This document shows positions 28,534-36,874 of a DNA stretch of 64,000 nucleotides, one piece after another. The notes under the pieces are model-generated. The model searched no databases, was not told the DNA's origin, and saw only the letters and a list, made by a program, of their open reading frames with translations. The translations under genes and the position numbers were made by a program. Each line of letters begins with the position of its first letter. The stretch's first letter is position 1. Origin of the DNA: a virus (taxonomy: Duplodnaviria > Caudoviricetes); the IMG/VR virus record IMGVR_UViG_3300017788_000016, positions 1,372 to 65,371 of that record; one strand, given 5' to 3'.

Positions 28534-29802
28534 ATGGCTATATTTGCAACAACGATTCGTCCAACGCCCTTCGGGTTCTTCGATTCAGATACCGCTTTTC
28601 AAAGCGATGCTGACAAGGTTGTGACTTTCGTTCTTCGAAAGCTTGGCGAGGACGTTCTGAGCGTGGAGCTGACCAAGAAGATGATTTGGAGTTGTTTCGA
28701 GGAAGCTACTCTGATGTTCAATGCTACCATGATTGAGTATCAGGCTAAATCAAATTTGGCAAGTCTTTTGGGAAATCCAACCGGGTCCATTGACCCTGCC
28801 ACCGGCAAATACTCCCTCAACCTGGTCAACACCTACATTCAGCCCAACTTTGAGTTCCTGGTCCGTCAGGCAGAGCCCTATGCCTCCGAGGTTGGCTACG
28901 GACAATCCATGGATTCCTATTCGGGCTCCATCCAATTGGTTGAGGGGCGTCAGGACTATGACCTCTACACTGACCTCAAGGATTCTAACGGCCTAACGTT
29001 GTCATCCTACATGGGAACCGGTTCCTTTGGCATCCAGGGACGAATGAAGATTTTTGAGGTATACCACTATGCCCCAATTCAGTACGTCTTTAACAGCAAC
29101 CTGGCATCCAACTTCACGGCAACCGGTTTGCCTGTGGAATCCTACGTTCCTGACACCAGATTCTACGTTCTTCCTCTCTTTGAGGACGTTCTAAGAGCCT
29201 CCCTGCTCTCCACAGCCCAGAAGATTAGGCGTTCCCAATATTCCTACCGTATCACCGGCAGGAACATCAGGATTCTTCCTACTCCATCCACCCTTATCCC
29301 CTTCTACAACGACAAGCTCTGGATTCGAGTAGGGTTTCCTCCGAGTGCTGCACCTGGCCTTGTTACGGGCTCTCAGGCTGCTGTGGGCGTAAGCGGTTCC
29401 TTCGGTACCCCAACTATTGGTACCGGGGTTCTCTTTGGCATTTCGAACCCGGCCAACATTCCTGCTGGTTTCATTCAGTACAGTACCCTTAACCCATGGG
29501 CTCGTAACTGGATTATTCAGTGCACCCTGGCCCTGTGCAAAGAGCTATTGGGTCTTGTCAGAAGCAAGATCAAAAATTTCCCAATCCCTGGTGCTGAGTT
29601 GACCCTTAATGGCGATGACCTCATCACTCAGGGCAGAGAAGACCGTAAGGAGCTAACCTATGGGGACGGTGGCCTGGTTAAGACCCTGGAAAGCCTCACC
29701 TATGACAAACTGGCTGAGCTAGAGGCCAACAGGGCAGAGCAGAACATGAAGCTCCTTCAGCATCTTCCCTTCCCGCCTAAGTACAACATCTTTATTGGCT
29801 AA
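28534..29802 (+). CDS. neck protein (T4 gp13-like)
   Basis: LRKLGEDVLSVELT...CFEEA; WIIQCTLALCKELLGLVRSK..PIPG..LTLNGDDLITQG. Confidence 0.82.
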   Translation: MAIFATTIRPTPFGFFDSDTAFQSDADKVVTFVLRKLGEDVLSVELTKKMIWSCFEEATLMFNATMIEYQAKSNLASLLGNPTGSIDPATGKYSLNLVNTYIQPNFEFLVRQAEPYASEVGYGQSMDSYSGSIQLVEGRQDYDLYTDLKDSNGLTLSSYMGTGSFGIQGRMKIFEVYHYAPIQYVFNSNLASNFTATGLPVESYVPDTRFYVLPLFEDVLRASLLSTAQKIRRSQYSYRITGRNIRILPTPSTLIPFYNDKLWIRVGFPPSAAPGLVTGSQAAVGVSGSFGTPTIGTGVLFGISNPANIPAGFIQYSTLNPWARNWIIQCTLALCKELLGLVRSKIKNFPIPGAELTLNGDDLITQGREDRKELTYGDGGLVKTLESLTYDKLAELEANRAEQNMKLLQHLPFPPKYNIFIG

Positions 29803-29868
29803 TTTGTACAAAGGTCCCCTCTGCACTATTCTTGTTAGGCAGCCATTGAGGCTGCAGACAGGAATAAG

Positions 29869-30777
29869 ATGGAATTCACATATGATGGGCATTCGCTGAA
29901 AAGCGGCATTTACAAAATTACAAACAAACAAAATGGCAGAAGGTATTTTGGTTCTGCAAAGGAGTTTAAAAGACGCTGGAATCAACATGCCAATTCCCTG
30001 AGGAGGGGTAAACATCAAAACAAATTCCTGCAGGCAGACTTCAACAAGTGCGGAGAAGAAGCCTTCTTATTTGAGGTCTTGGAGGTTATGAACGGGACCA
30101 AGGAAGAACGTCTCCTAAGGGAAGAGGTGTATCTCAAGGAGCACTTCGACAATGGGAGTGAGTGTTATAACCTAATGTCCAAGGCAGTTTCTAGGGAAGG
30201 CCTTAAGGCCAAGAATCCTGAGGAAACTCGAAGGAAAATATCTGAGGCCTCCAAGAGGAACTGGAGCGATCCAGAATATAAGAGTAGGGTTTCCAGGTCC
30301 ATTCAAAGGGCCCTGAGCGACCCTGAGGTTCAGGAAAAGAAACGAGAAAGCCACCTGCGTTCCTGGGATGGCAATGAGAACCGTCGAAAGAAAAGGTCTG
30401 AGCATTCCAAGAAAATGATGGCCGACCCCAAACACAAGGAGAAGGTGGTTTCAAGCCTTAGGGAGCATCAACCCCGCAGCCGGGAAACCTACAAAAAAAG
30501 AATAAGCGAGGACCAGGACCTGAAACAGAAGATGCAAGAAATTGGAAGAAAGAATATCGCCAAGAGAAATGCCACACAACCCGTTAAGACCTATGGTTCC
30601 CTTAAGGCCCCGGACGGAACCATTTATGCGAACGTGTCTCATGTTCCAACTTTTGCAAAAGAACATGGACTAACAAAGACGGCCCTGTACCAGTTGTTGC
30701 TTGGTAGAACCAAGTCTCACAAGGGCTGGAAACTGCTACGATTTCCCCTGGGGCAGAACTACGCCTTAACTACTTAG
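29869..30777 (+). CDS. free-standing GIY-YIG homing endonuclease
   Basis: SGIYKITNKQNGRRYFGSAKEFKRRW..H; NUMOD3-like EETRRKISEASK; GRTKSHKGW. Confidence 0.9.
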   Translation: MEFTYDGHSLKSGIYKITNKQNGRRYFGSAKEFKRRWNQHANSLRRGKHQNKFLQADFNKCGEEAFLFEVLEVMNGTKEERLLREEVYLKEHFDNGSECYNLMSKAVSREGLKAKNPEETRRKISEASKRNWSDPEYKSRVSRSIQRALSDPEVQEKKRESHLRSWDGNENRRKKRSEHSKKMMADPKHKEKVVSSLREHQPRSRETYKKRISEDQDLKQKMQEIGRKNIAKRNATQPVKTYGSLKAPDGTIYANVSHVPTFAKEHGLTKTALYQLLLGRTKSHKGWKLLRFPLGQNYALTT

Positions 30778-30781
30778 GGTA

Positions 30782-31522
30782 ATGGCCAGGCTATTCGTTA
30801 CTCCCCGCGAAATTCAGTTCATCAACGACATTACAAAAGAATTCATGAAGGATATCAACGGGCAGTTCATCTACTACTACCCGGTGAGCATTATGAAGAC
30901 CCAGGTGCACCCTGTGTATGATGAGGCCGTTCAGAAGGTCTTTCTGGCACCCATTAAGCTAGACGTGCTCGTGGGTCAGCCTGATTGGGAGACTAGGTTC
31001 AACGTCTGGGGAAATGAGCAGATTAACAAGCTTGAGCTTCATGCCCATGTTCGTGACCTCCTGGACAAGGGCTACACAGTCGAGGAAGGTGACTTCTTTC
31101 TCTATGGCGCGGGCGTCTTTGAGGTTCTCAAGGCTACCACCATCAACAACATTTTCGGACAGGTAGAGTATGACGTTGGCATTAAGCTTACTGCCAAGCT
31201 CGTAAGGAAAGGTCAGTTCGATGTTAACATCTTCAAAAAGATGCTGGCCGACTCAGGCGTTAAGTTTGGGGACAACGCCGTTAGCAAGGTTTGGCAGCAA
31301 CAGAGAGGTCTTCCTGACACCATGGACGGTACCAGCGGTGATCGTCGTGAGATGAGGGAGCGTCTAGGAGAGGACATGGAAGCCCCTGCCTTGGGTGAAG
31401 GACCCAGAATCGTCAACATCGACTCCGAGGCCGAGGAACCGCTCCATGAGCCAGAACATGCATCCTCTTTTGATAACGAGTCTCCCAATTACCCGGACAT
31501 TCCTGACATTTATAACGATTGA
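30782..31522 (+). CDS. neck/head-closure protein (T4 gp14-like)
   Basis: Follows the gp13-like gene; GQFIYYYP...VYDEA...EEGDFFLYG..FEV. Confidence 0.7.
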   Translation: MARLFVTPREIQFINDITKEFMKDINGQFIYYYPVSIMKTQVHPVYDEAVQKVFLAPIKLDVLVGQPDWETRFNVWGNEQINKLELHAHVRDLLDKGYTVEEGDFFLYGAGVFEVLKATTINNIFGQVEYDVGIKLTAKLVRKGQFDVNIFKKMLADSGVKFGDNAVSKVWQQQRGLPDTMDGTSGDRREMRERLGEDMEAPALGEGPRIVNIDSEAEEPLHEPEHASSFDNESPNYPDIPDIYND

Positions 31523-31613
31523 GTTTTTCTGGGCTTTGTTTGAGCCCATACGGCAAACAACCGGGTTGAAGAGCCATATTTAAAGCCGTACAGGCGGGGG
31601 CTGAAATGGCGAA

Positions 31614-32411
31614 ATGACAACTGCCAGCAAGAAGCGTAAGAAGTTCAGTATGCGTCACTTCCGCACCCTAGAGTCGGAAGCTGAGATACTGGAGTACGCC
31701 AAGAGCTGTCTACCTCTGCTTGGCCAAGGCTCAAGTAGAGTTGTCTATGCCTGCTCCAGGAGCAAGGTCCTCAAAATCGCCATTAACGACAAGGGTTTCG
31801 CTCAGAATGCCGCTGAATTGGACGTTTCCCATAACACGGAAACCTCAGGTGCGGTTTCTGCCATTCTGGACCACAAGACCGACCAGGATGGACACGTCGT
31901 CTGGTTGATTTCTCAGCTTGTTAGAACCGTTAACGAGACAGAGGAGTTCAAGACCCTGGCAGGGTTCTCCTGGGAAGTGTACAGCGACACCATCAGGGCC
32001 TTTGCCAAAAGCAACGCTCAGAATGACCTGGAGAACATAACCTCCAACATTTCGGACCAGTACTCCAAGCGACTGGTCCGCCTAAAGAACCAAGGCGACG
32101 AACGGAATGCTAAATACTACGAGACGCTCCTGGGTGACCTCGAGATTATGAAGCATTCCCGGTTCTTTCGAGGCATCATTTCCGCAATGAGCATCAACAG
32201 GCTTATGCCAGGGGACATTCTGGAAATTGACCACTATGGCAAGACCTCGGATGGTGAAATCATTCTGTATGACTATGGTTTCACCGAGGAGATAGCCAAG
32301 AAGTTCTATCCCAAGAAAAAGGAGCAGAGCAACGTCTATCAGCTACCCCTAGAAGGTATAGCAGATGAGGCCGCTCCAAAAACATTCTCCTTGCGAAAAA
32401 AGGCATGTTGA
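31614..32411 (+). CDS. protein kinase-like fold protein
   Basis: G-loop LGQGSSRVVY; VLKIA; helix-C Glu (QNAAE); GDILEIDHYG; LYDYGF (DFG-like). Confidence 0.7.
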   Translation: MTTASKKRKKFSMRHFRTLESEAEILEYAKSCLPLLGQGSSRVVYACSRSKVLKIAINDKGFAQNAAELDVSHNTETSGAVSAILDHKTDQDGHVVWLISQLVRTVNETEEFKTLAGFSWEVYSDTIRAFAKSNAQNDLENITSNISDQYSKRLVRLKNQGDERNAKYYETLLGDLEIMKHSRFFRGIISAMSINRLMPGDILEIDHYGKTSDGEIILYDYGFTEEIAKKFYPKKKEQSNVYQLPLEGIADEAAPKTFSLRKKAC

Positions 32412-32435
32412 ACCTGAGGCCTAATTACTAGAGCC

Positions 32436-33677
32436 GTGGCAACAGACGACAACAGCAATAAGACTAGGCAAAACATCCAACAGGATCCGCTTAACCCTAA
32501 GCCGCATCTCAATTCTGGCTATGAGGGAGCCCCGAGTCTGGACTTCACGATTCCTCCGTGTGGAATTCGTGACATAGATGAGGCCATGGTAAGACTTTTT
32601 CGGGACGACATTGGATTCCGGGTTAACAACATCGTCACCCAGATTGGCCCAAAGAACATCAGCAAACCTCAGGTCATCTTTGCCACCGGTGAGAGATTTG
32701 CCCTGATTAAGAAGCTCAGTCCTCCCAGGGACAAAGGAAAGACCCTTATCCTTCCTGCCATCTCCATTAGGAGAATGTCCATCTCTCAAACTTCCGATGA
32801 CGTTGCAGGTCGAGGAATGAACCAATTCACGGGCAACCTTGTAATCAAGAGGCTTCTCTCCCCAGAGGACCGTGATTACCAGAATTTGGTTAACAAGCAA
32901 GGCCTACAGAACATGCAGGGAATCCTTAATGGGCTTCCAACGACCACCAGAGAAACGGGCTCAGACAAGTCCGAGGTGGAAGTGGTCCAGGGCGGGCTTC
33001 TGGAGCCAACTCTAGACAATAACAACATTTACGAGATCATCTCCATTCCACAACCTCAGTTCTTCACTGCGAAGTATGAAGTTGTTTTCTGGACAGGCTG
33101 GACTCAACACATGGTCTACATGATGGAGACCTTCATGAGCTCCTTTCTGCCTCAGGGTAGAATGCACAAGCTCAAGACTGACAAGGGCTACTGGTTCATC
33201 GCCAGAACAGAGGACACCTTTGAGAATGGCGAAAACGTGGATGACTTCACTGAGGATGAACGTGTGCTCCGTTACACCCTCAACATTTCGGTAAGAGGCT
33301 ATCTCCTGGCTCCTCAACACCCCACCAACATGGTGCCTGTGAGAAGGTGGCTTAGCTCCCCTAACATCGTTTTTGACATGCACTCGGCTCCCTCGGAGGT
33401 TCAGCCTGAGGACCACCTGGCCAAGCCTCCAATAGGTCATTCTGGTGAATCTCGATTCGTTCTAACGGACCTTGAAAAAGACCCCAAAAAGACCCAAACG
33501 AAGACGAGTCTCCAGAAGTTCCTCGTCAAGAAAACAGTATTTAACCCCATCACTGGAAAAAGGAAGGTAAAATACGTATCTATCCTAGGTGGCGAACAAG
33601 CTAAAGGAGAGACGGTCTATAGAGCCTCAGACATTGAGACTCTTGAACAGTTCATCCTGTCGCCAAATAAAAAGTAG
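32436..33677 (+). CDS. tail terminator / sheath stabilizer (gp15-like)
   Basis: DIDEAM, PQVIFATGERF, LILPAISIRR, YEVVFWT; lies just upstream of the sheath genes. Confidence 0.65.
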   Translation: MATDDNSNKTRQNIQQDPLNPKPHLNSGYEGAPSLDFTIPPCGIRDIDEAMVRLFRDDIGFRVNNIVTQIGPKNISKPQVIFATGERFALIKKLSPPRDKGKTLILPAISIRRMSISQTSDDVAGRGMNQFTGNLVIKRLLSPEDRDYQNLVNKQGLQNMQGILNGLPTTTRETGSDKSEVEVVQGGLLEPTLDNNNIYEIISIPQPQFFTAKYEVVFWTGWTQHMVYMMETFMSSFLPQGRMHKLKTDKGYWFIARTEDTFENGENVDDFTEDERVLRYTLNISVRGYLLAPQHPTNMVPVRRWLSSPNIVFDMHSAPSEVQPEDHLAKPPIGHSGESRFVLTDLEKDPKKTQTKTSLQKFLVKKTVFNPITGKRKVKYVSILGGEQAKGETVYRASDIETLEQFILSPNKK

Positions 33678-33761
33678 CCCAAACGGAGAAGCGGGTCAAC
33701 AAGGCCTAATTAGAATATGAAAAGAAGGGCGTTGCCAATTCTGCAATAAGAGGAAAGACAA

Positions 33762-36700
33762 ATGGCAGATCAGATATTCAATTTTCCAGGATTTTACGAC
33801 AGAGAAATCGATCTCACAGCCCGTGTTGCGTCGCCAGTTGGCGTACCAGGAGGTGTGGTCGGTGCTTCTCTGCGTGGCCCGGCTTTCGTACCAGTTACCA
33901 TTGGTTCTTTCAGCGATTTCGAGACGAAATTTGGCGGTCTATCTTCCAAATTGGCGGCTCCCTATGCTGTTGAAAAGTTCCTCCAGAACAGAAACGCCCT
34001 GACCTTCGTCAGGGTACTGGGCGCTGGTGTTAACGAAACCTCGGCCCAGTTCGAGGCAACCAGAACCCAGGGCATCGTTCGCAATGCCGGTTTCAAGGTG
34101 AGCGGCACGGTAGCTACCGGAGATACCCGTCACCAGGGAAGCGTACAGTTCCTCGTTGCAAAGCACCTTCTGACTGGCTCCGAAGTGTTCGGTATGCCAA
34201 TGTTCACCGACAACCGCTCCTTCCTTCAGAGTGGTTCCTCCGATGAGGTCTATCTCGTAAGAGGCGAAATCTTCACGGCACACGACACCCGCATCATGGC
34301 CCTAAGCCACAATGAAAGCTGGGCAGCCGGTGTGGACGATGCTGCAACCCTAAGCCCAACGGCCAAGTTCTTCAAGCTCGTCATCTCCTCCTCGCAGGGT
34401 GCAACCTTCGGTACCTCTGATGGTTTCAATGGCCTCAGAATCTACTCGGCATCCTTCGATCCAGACTCAGATCTCTACTTCGGCAAGCTTCTTAACACGG
34501 ACCCAAGCAAGTTCGAGACCGAGAGACATTTCCTTCACGCAGACTTTGCAGTGGATGCCCAGATTGCCTCGGCTCACACCGGCACCAATGCCGTAGTTGT
34601 GGCCTCGGGTTCGGCAAACACCTCCTCGACTTCTGGAAACACCTCCCTATTGTTCAGAGAGGCCTTCGGTCGCTTTGACACCAGGTACAAGACCCCAAAG
34701 ACCCCATGGTTCATCTCGCAGCCTTACGGTTCCACCGAGCATAACCTATTCCAGATTGAGGCTCTTGACGACGGTGAGTATGCAAACACGCAGTTCAAGA
34801 TTTCCATTGTCAACATCGTGGCCTCGGTTAACCCACGCTACGAGTACGGCACCTTCACGGTGGTCGTAAGAAAGTTTGACGACTCCGACCTTAACCCAGC
34901 AGTTCTTGAGCAGTTCACGAACGTCACCCTTGATTTCTCGGCAGACAACTACATTGCCAAGGTGATTGGTGATGCAAAGGTCGAATTCAAGTTCGACGTA
35001 GAGGACCAGGGTGACCGCAAGCTGGTTCGTTCTGGCAAGTTCCCAAATCTCTCGAAGCATATTCGTGTGGTTGTGAATGAGGGCGTCGAAAAGAAGAGTA
35101 TTCCTGCCTCCTGCCTTCCATTCGGTTTCAGAGGAGCCCCGGTTCTCAACACCAACTCCCTTTTGGGTGATATCACTGGTTCGGGTGGTTTCAGCTCCCT
35201 GACTCGTCTTGGTGCAAGCGGCTCGGCTCTTGACCCACGCCTCCTGGCAGCAGTCGTTCCACCAATTCCTTTCCGCTTCAAGGTGACCAGAGGTCAGGTT
35301 GCCACGGGTTCCGGTCTTACCGGCGCTCCTGGTCCCTCGGAAATCACCGACAACCGCTTCTATTGGGGCGTGAAGTTCGAGCGTAACAACGGGGACGTTC
35401 TAAACACCAACATCAACAACAAGCTGAATGCCATCGTGTCCTCCTTCACGAAGATGCCTGGCATTGACAAGCTCGATGTGGCTGTGACCGGAGCCTTCTC
35501 GGACACCTTCAACAACAACAAGTTCACCCTGGCTCGTGTGGCCCTTGGCAATGCCTCCATGGCACAAATCACTGCCTCGGCAAACACGCACATGAGAGAG
35601 GCCTGCTATATCCGCAATGGTATCCCAGATGCCACGGAATACAAGATCACAGACGGTTCCACCAGCAGAATCACTCTGGCAAGCCTTATCCACAGCGGCA
35701 CCATGCCAACCCTCTTCAATAAGTTCAGCGACTTTGCGAAGTTCACGGTATTCCTGAATGGTGGTTTCGATGGTGTCAACTCCCTTGATGCCAACGCAAT
35801 CAACTTCAATGACCGCTCGACCTCCACTGAGGCAAGAGGTGCAACTTACGGTAACTCCAACGCAAACTTCACCTCGCCTGGTTTTGCATTCAACCAGAAC
35901 GGCGTGGGCATTGTGAACAATCAGGTTGCCTCCATCAAAGTTGCGGCAGATATCATCACCAATCCAATCACCTCGAACATCAACCTCCTAACCGTGCCTG
36001 GTCAGAGAGAGCCTCTGGTTGTGGACTACGTTTCTGACGTGGCTTCCAGCTTCGGTCTGGCAATGTTCCTAATGGACATTCCAAACTATAACAGCAGCGG
36101 CGACCGTATCTTCGACGGTGAGACAGCAAACAGCTCGACCTATGTGGATGTTGAGCAGACTGCAAATGCTTTCGAGACCAGAGCCCTGGATAACACCCTT
36201 GTCACGACCTACTTCCCAGACATTGTTATGGATGATAGCTCCACCGGCAAGAAAGTGACTGTTCCGGCTTCCATTGCAGGTCTTGCAGCCATTGCCTACA
36301 ACGACAGGGTTGCTCACCCATGGTTTGCTCCTGCTGGTTTCAACCGTGCAGCACTCAACTTTGTGAGCCTCACAAAGACACGCCTCAAGCAGAGCGAGAG
36401 AGACCGTGTTTTCCAGGCCCGCATTAACCCAATCGTCAAGTTCCCAAATGAGGGCTTCGTGATTTTTTCGCAGAAGACCCTTGATGGAAACCAGACCGCC
36501 CTCGACAGCATCAACGTTCAGAGAATGGTGCTTGATGTTGAAAGACAGGTTATCGACGTTGGTAACCGCATGATCTTCGAAAACATCACGCCAGACCTCT
36601 ACACGGAGTTTGTATCTAAGGTTTCGCCAATCCTTGCAAACGTGCAGAGCCGTCAGGGTCTCAAGCAGTTCAAGGCTGTGTGCGACGACACAAACAACAC

Positions 36701-36824
36701 TGAGCTGGACAGAGAGAACAACAGAATGAACGCCAAGATTTTCTTGCTGCCAGTCAAGGCAGTTGAATTCATCCAGCTTGATTTCATCATCACGCGTAAT
36801 GGAGTGGCATTCGCAACCTCCTAA
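33762..36824 (+). CDS. tail sheath protein 1
   Basis: FPGFYDREIDLT, GPAFVPVT, PWFAPAGFNRA, INPIVKFP, SQKTL, INVQRM, PVKAVEFIQLDF. Confidence 0.93.
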   Translation: MADQIFNFPGFYDREIDLTARVASPVGVPGGVVGASLRGPAFVPVTIGSFSDFETKFGGLSSKLAAPYAVEKFLQNRNALTFVRVLGAGVNETSAQFEATRTQGIVRNAGFKVSGTVATGDTRHQGSVQFLVAKHLLTGSEVFGMPMFTDNRSFLQSGSSDEVYLVRGEIFTAHDTRIMALSHNESWAAGVDDAATLSPTAKFFKLVISSSQGATFGTSDGFNGLRIYSASFDPDSDLYFGKLLNTDPSKFETERHFLHADFAVDAQIASAHTGTNAVVVASGSANTSSTSGNTSLLFREAFGRFDTRYKTPKTPWFISQPYGSTEHNLFQIEALDDGEYANTQFKISIVNIVASVNPRYEYGTFTVVVRKFDDSDLNPAVLEQFTNVTLDFSADNYIAKVIGDAKVEFKFDVEDQGDRKLVRSGKFPNLSKHIRVVVNEGVEKKSIPASCLPFGFRGAPVLNTNSLLGDITGSGGFSSLTRLGASGSALDPRLLAAVVPPIPFRFKVTRGQVATGSGLTGAPGPSEITDNRFYWGVKFERNNGDVLNTNINNKLNAIVSSFTKMPGIDKLDVAVTGAFSDTFNNNKFTLARVALGNASMAQITASANTHMREACYIRNGIPDATEYKITDGSTSRITLASLIHSGTMPTLFNKFSDFAKFTVFLNGGFDGVNSLDANAINFNDRSTSTEARGATYGNSNANFTSPGFAFNQNGVGIVNNQVASIKVAADIITNPITSNINLLTVPGQREPLVVDYVSDVASSFGLAMFLMDIPNYNSSGDRIFDGETANSSTYVDVEQTANAFETRALDNTLVTTYFPDIVMDDSSTGKKVTVPASIAGLAAIAYNDRVAHPWFAPAGFNRAALNFVSLTKTRLKQSERDRVFQARINPIVKFPNEGFVIFSQKTLDGNQTALDSINVQRMVLDVERQVIDVGNRMIFENITPDLYTEFVSKVSPILANVQSRQGLKQFKAVCDDTNNTELDRENNRMNAKIFLLPVKAVEFIQLDFIITRNGVAFATS

Positions 36825-36874
36825 AAGGTACATGGAAACTAGTTAAGGAAAGCGAGTAAGTGGGAGAGTCCTAG

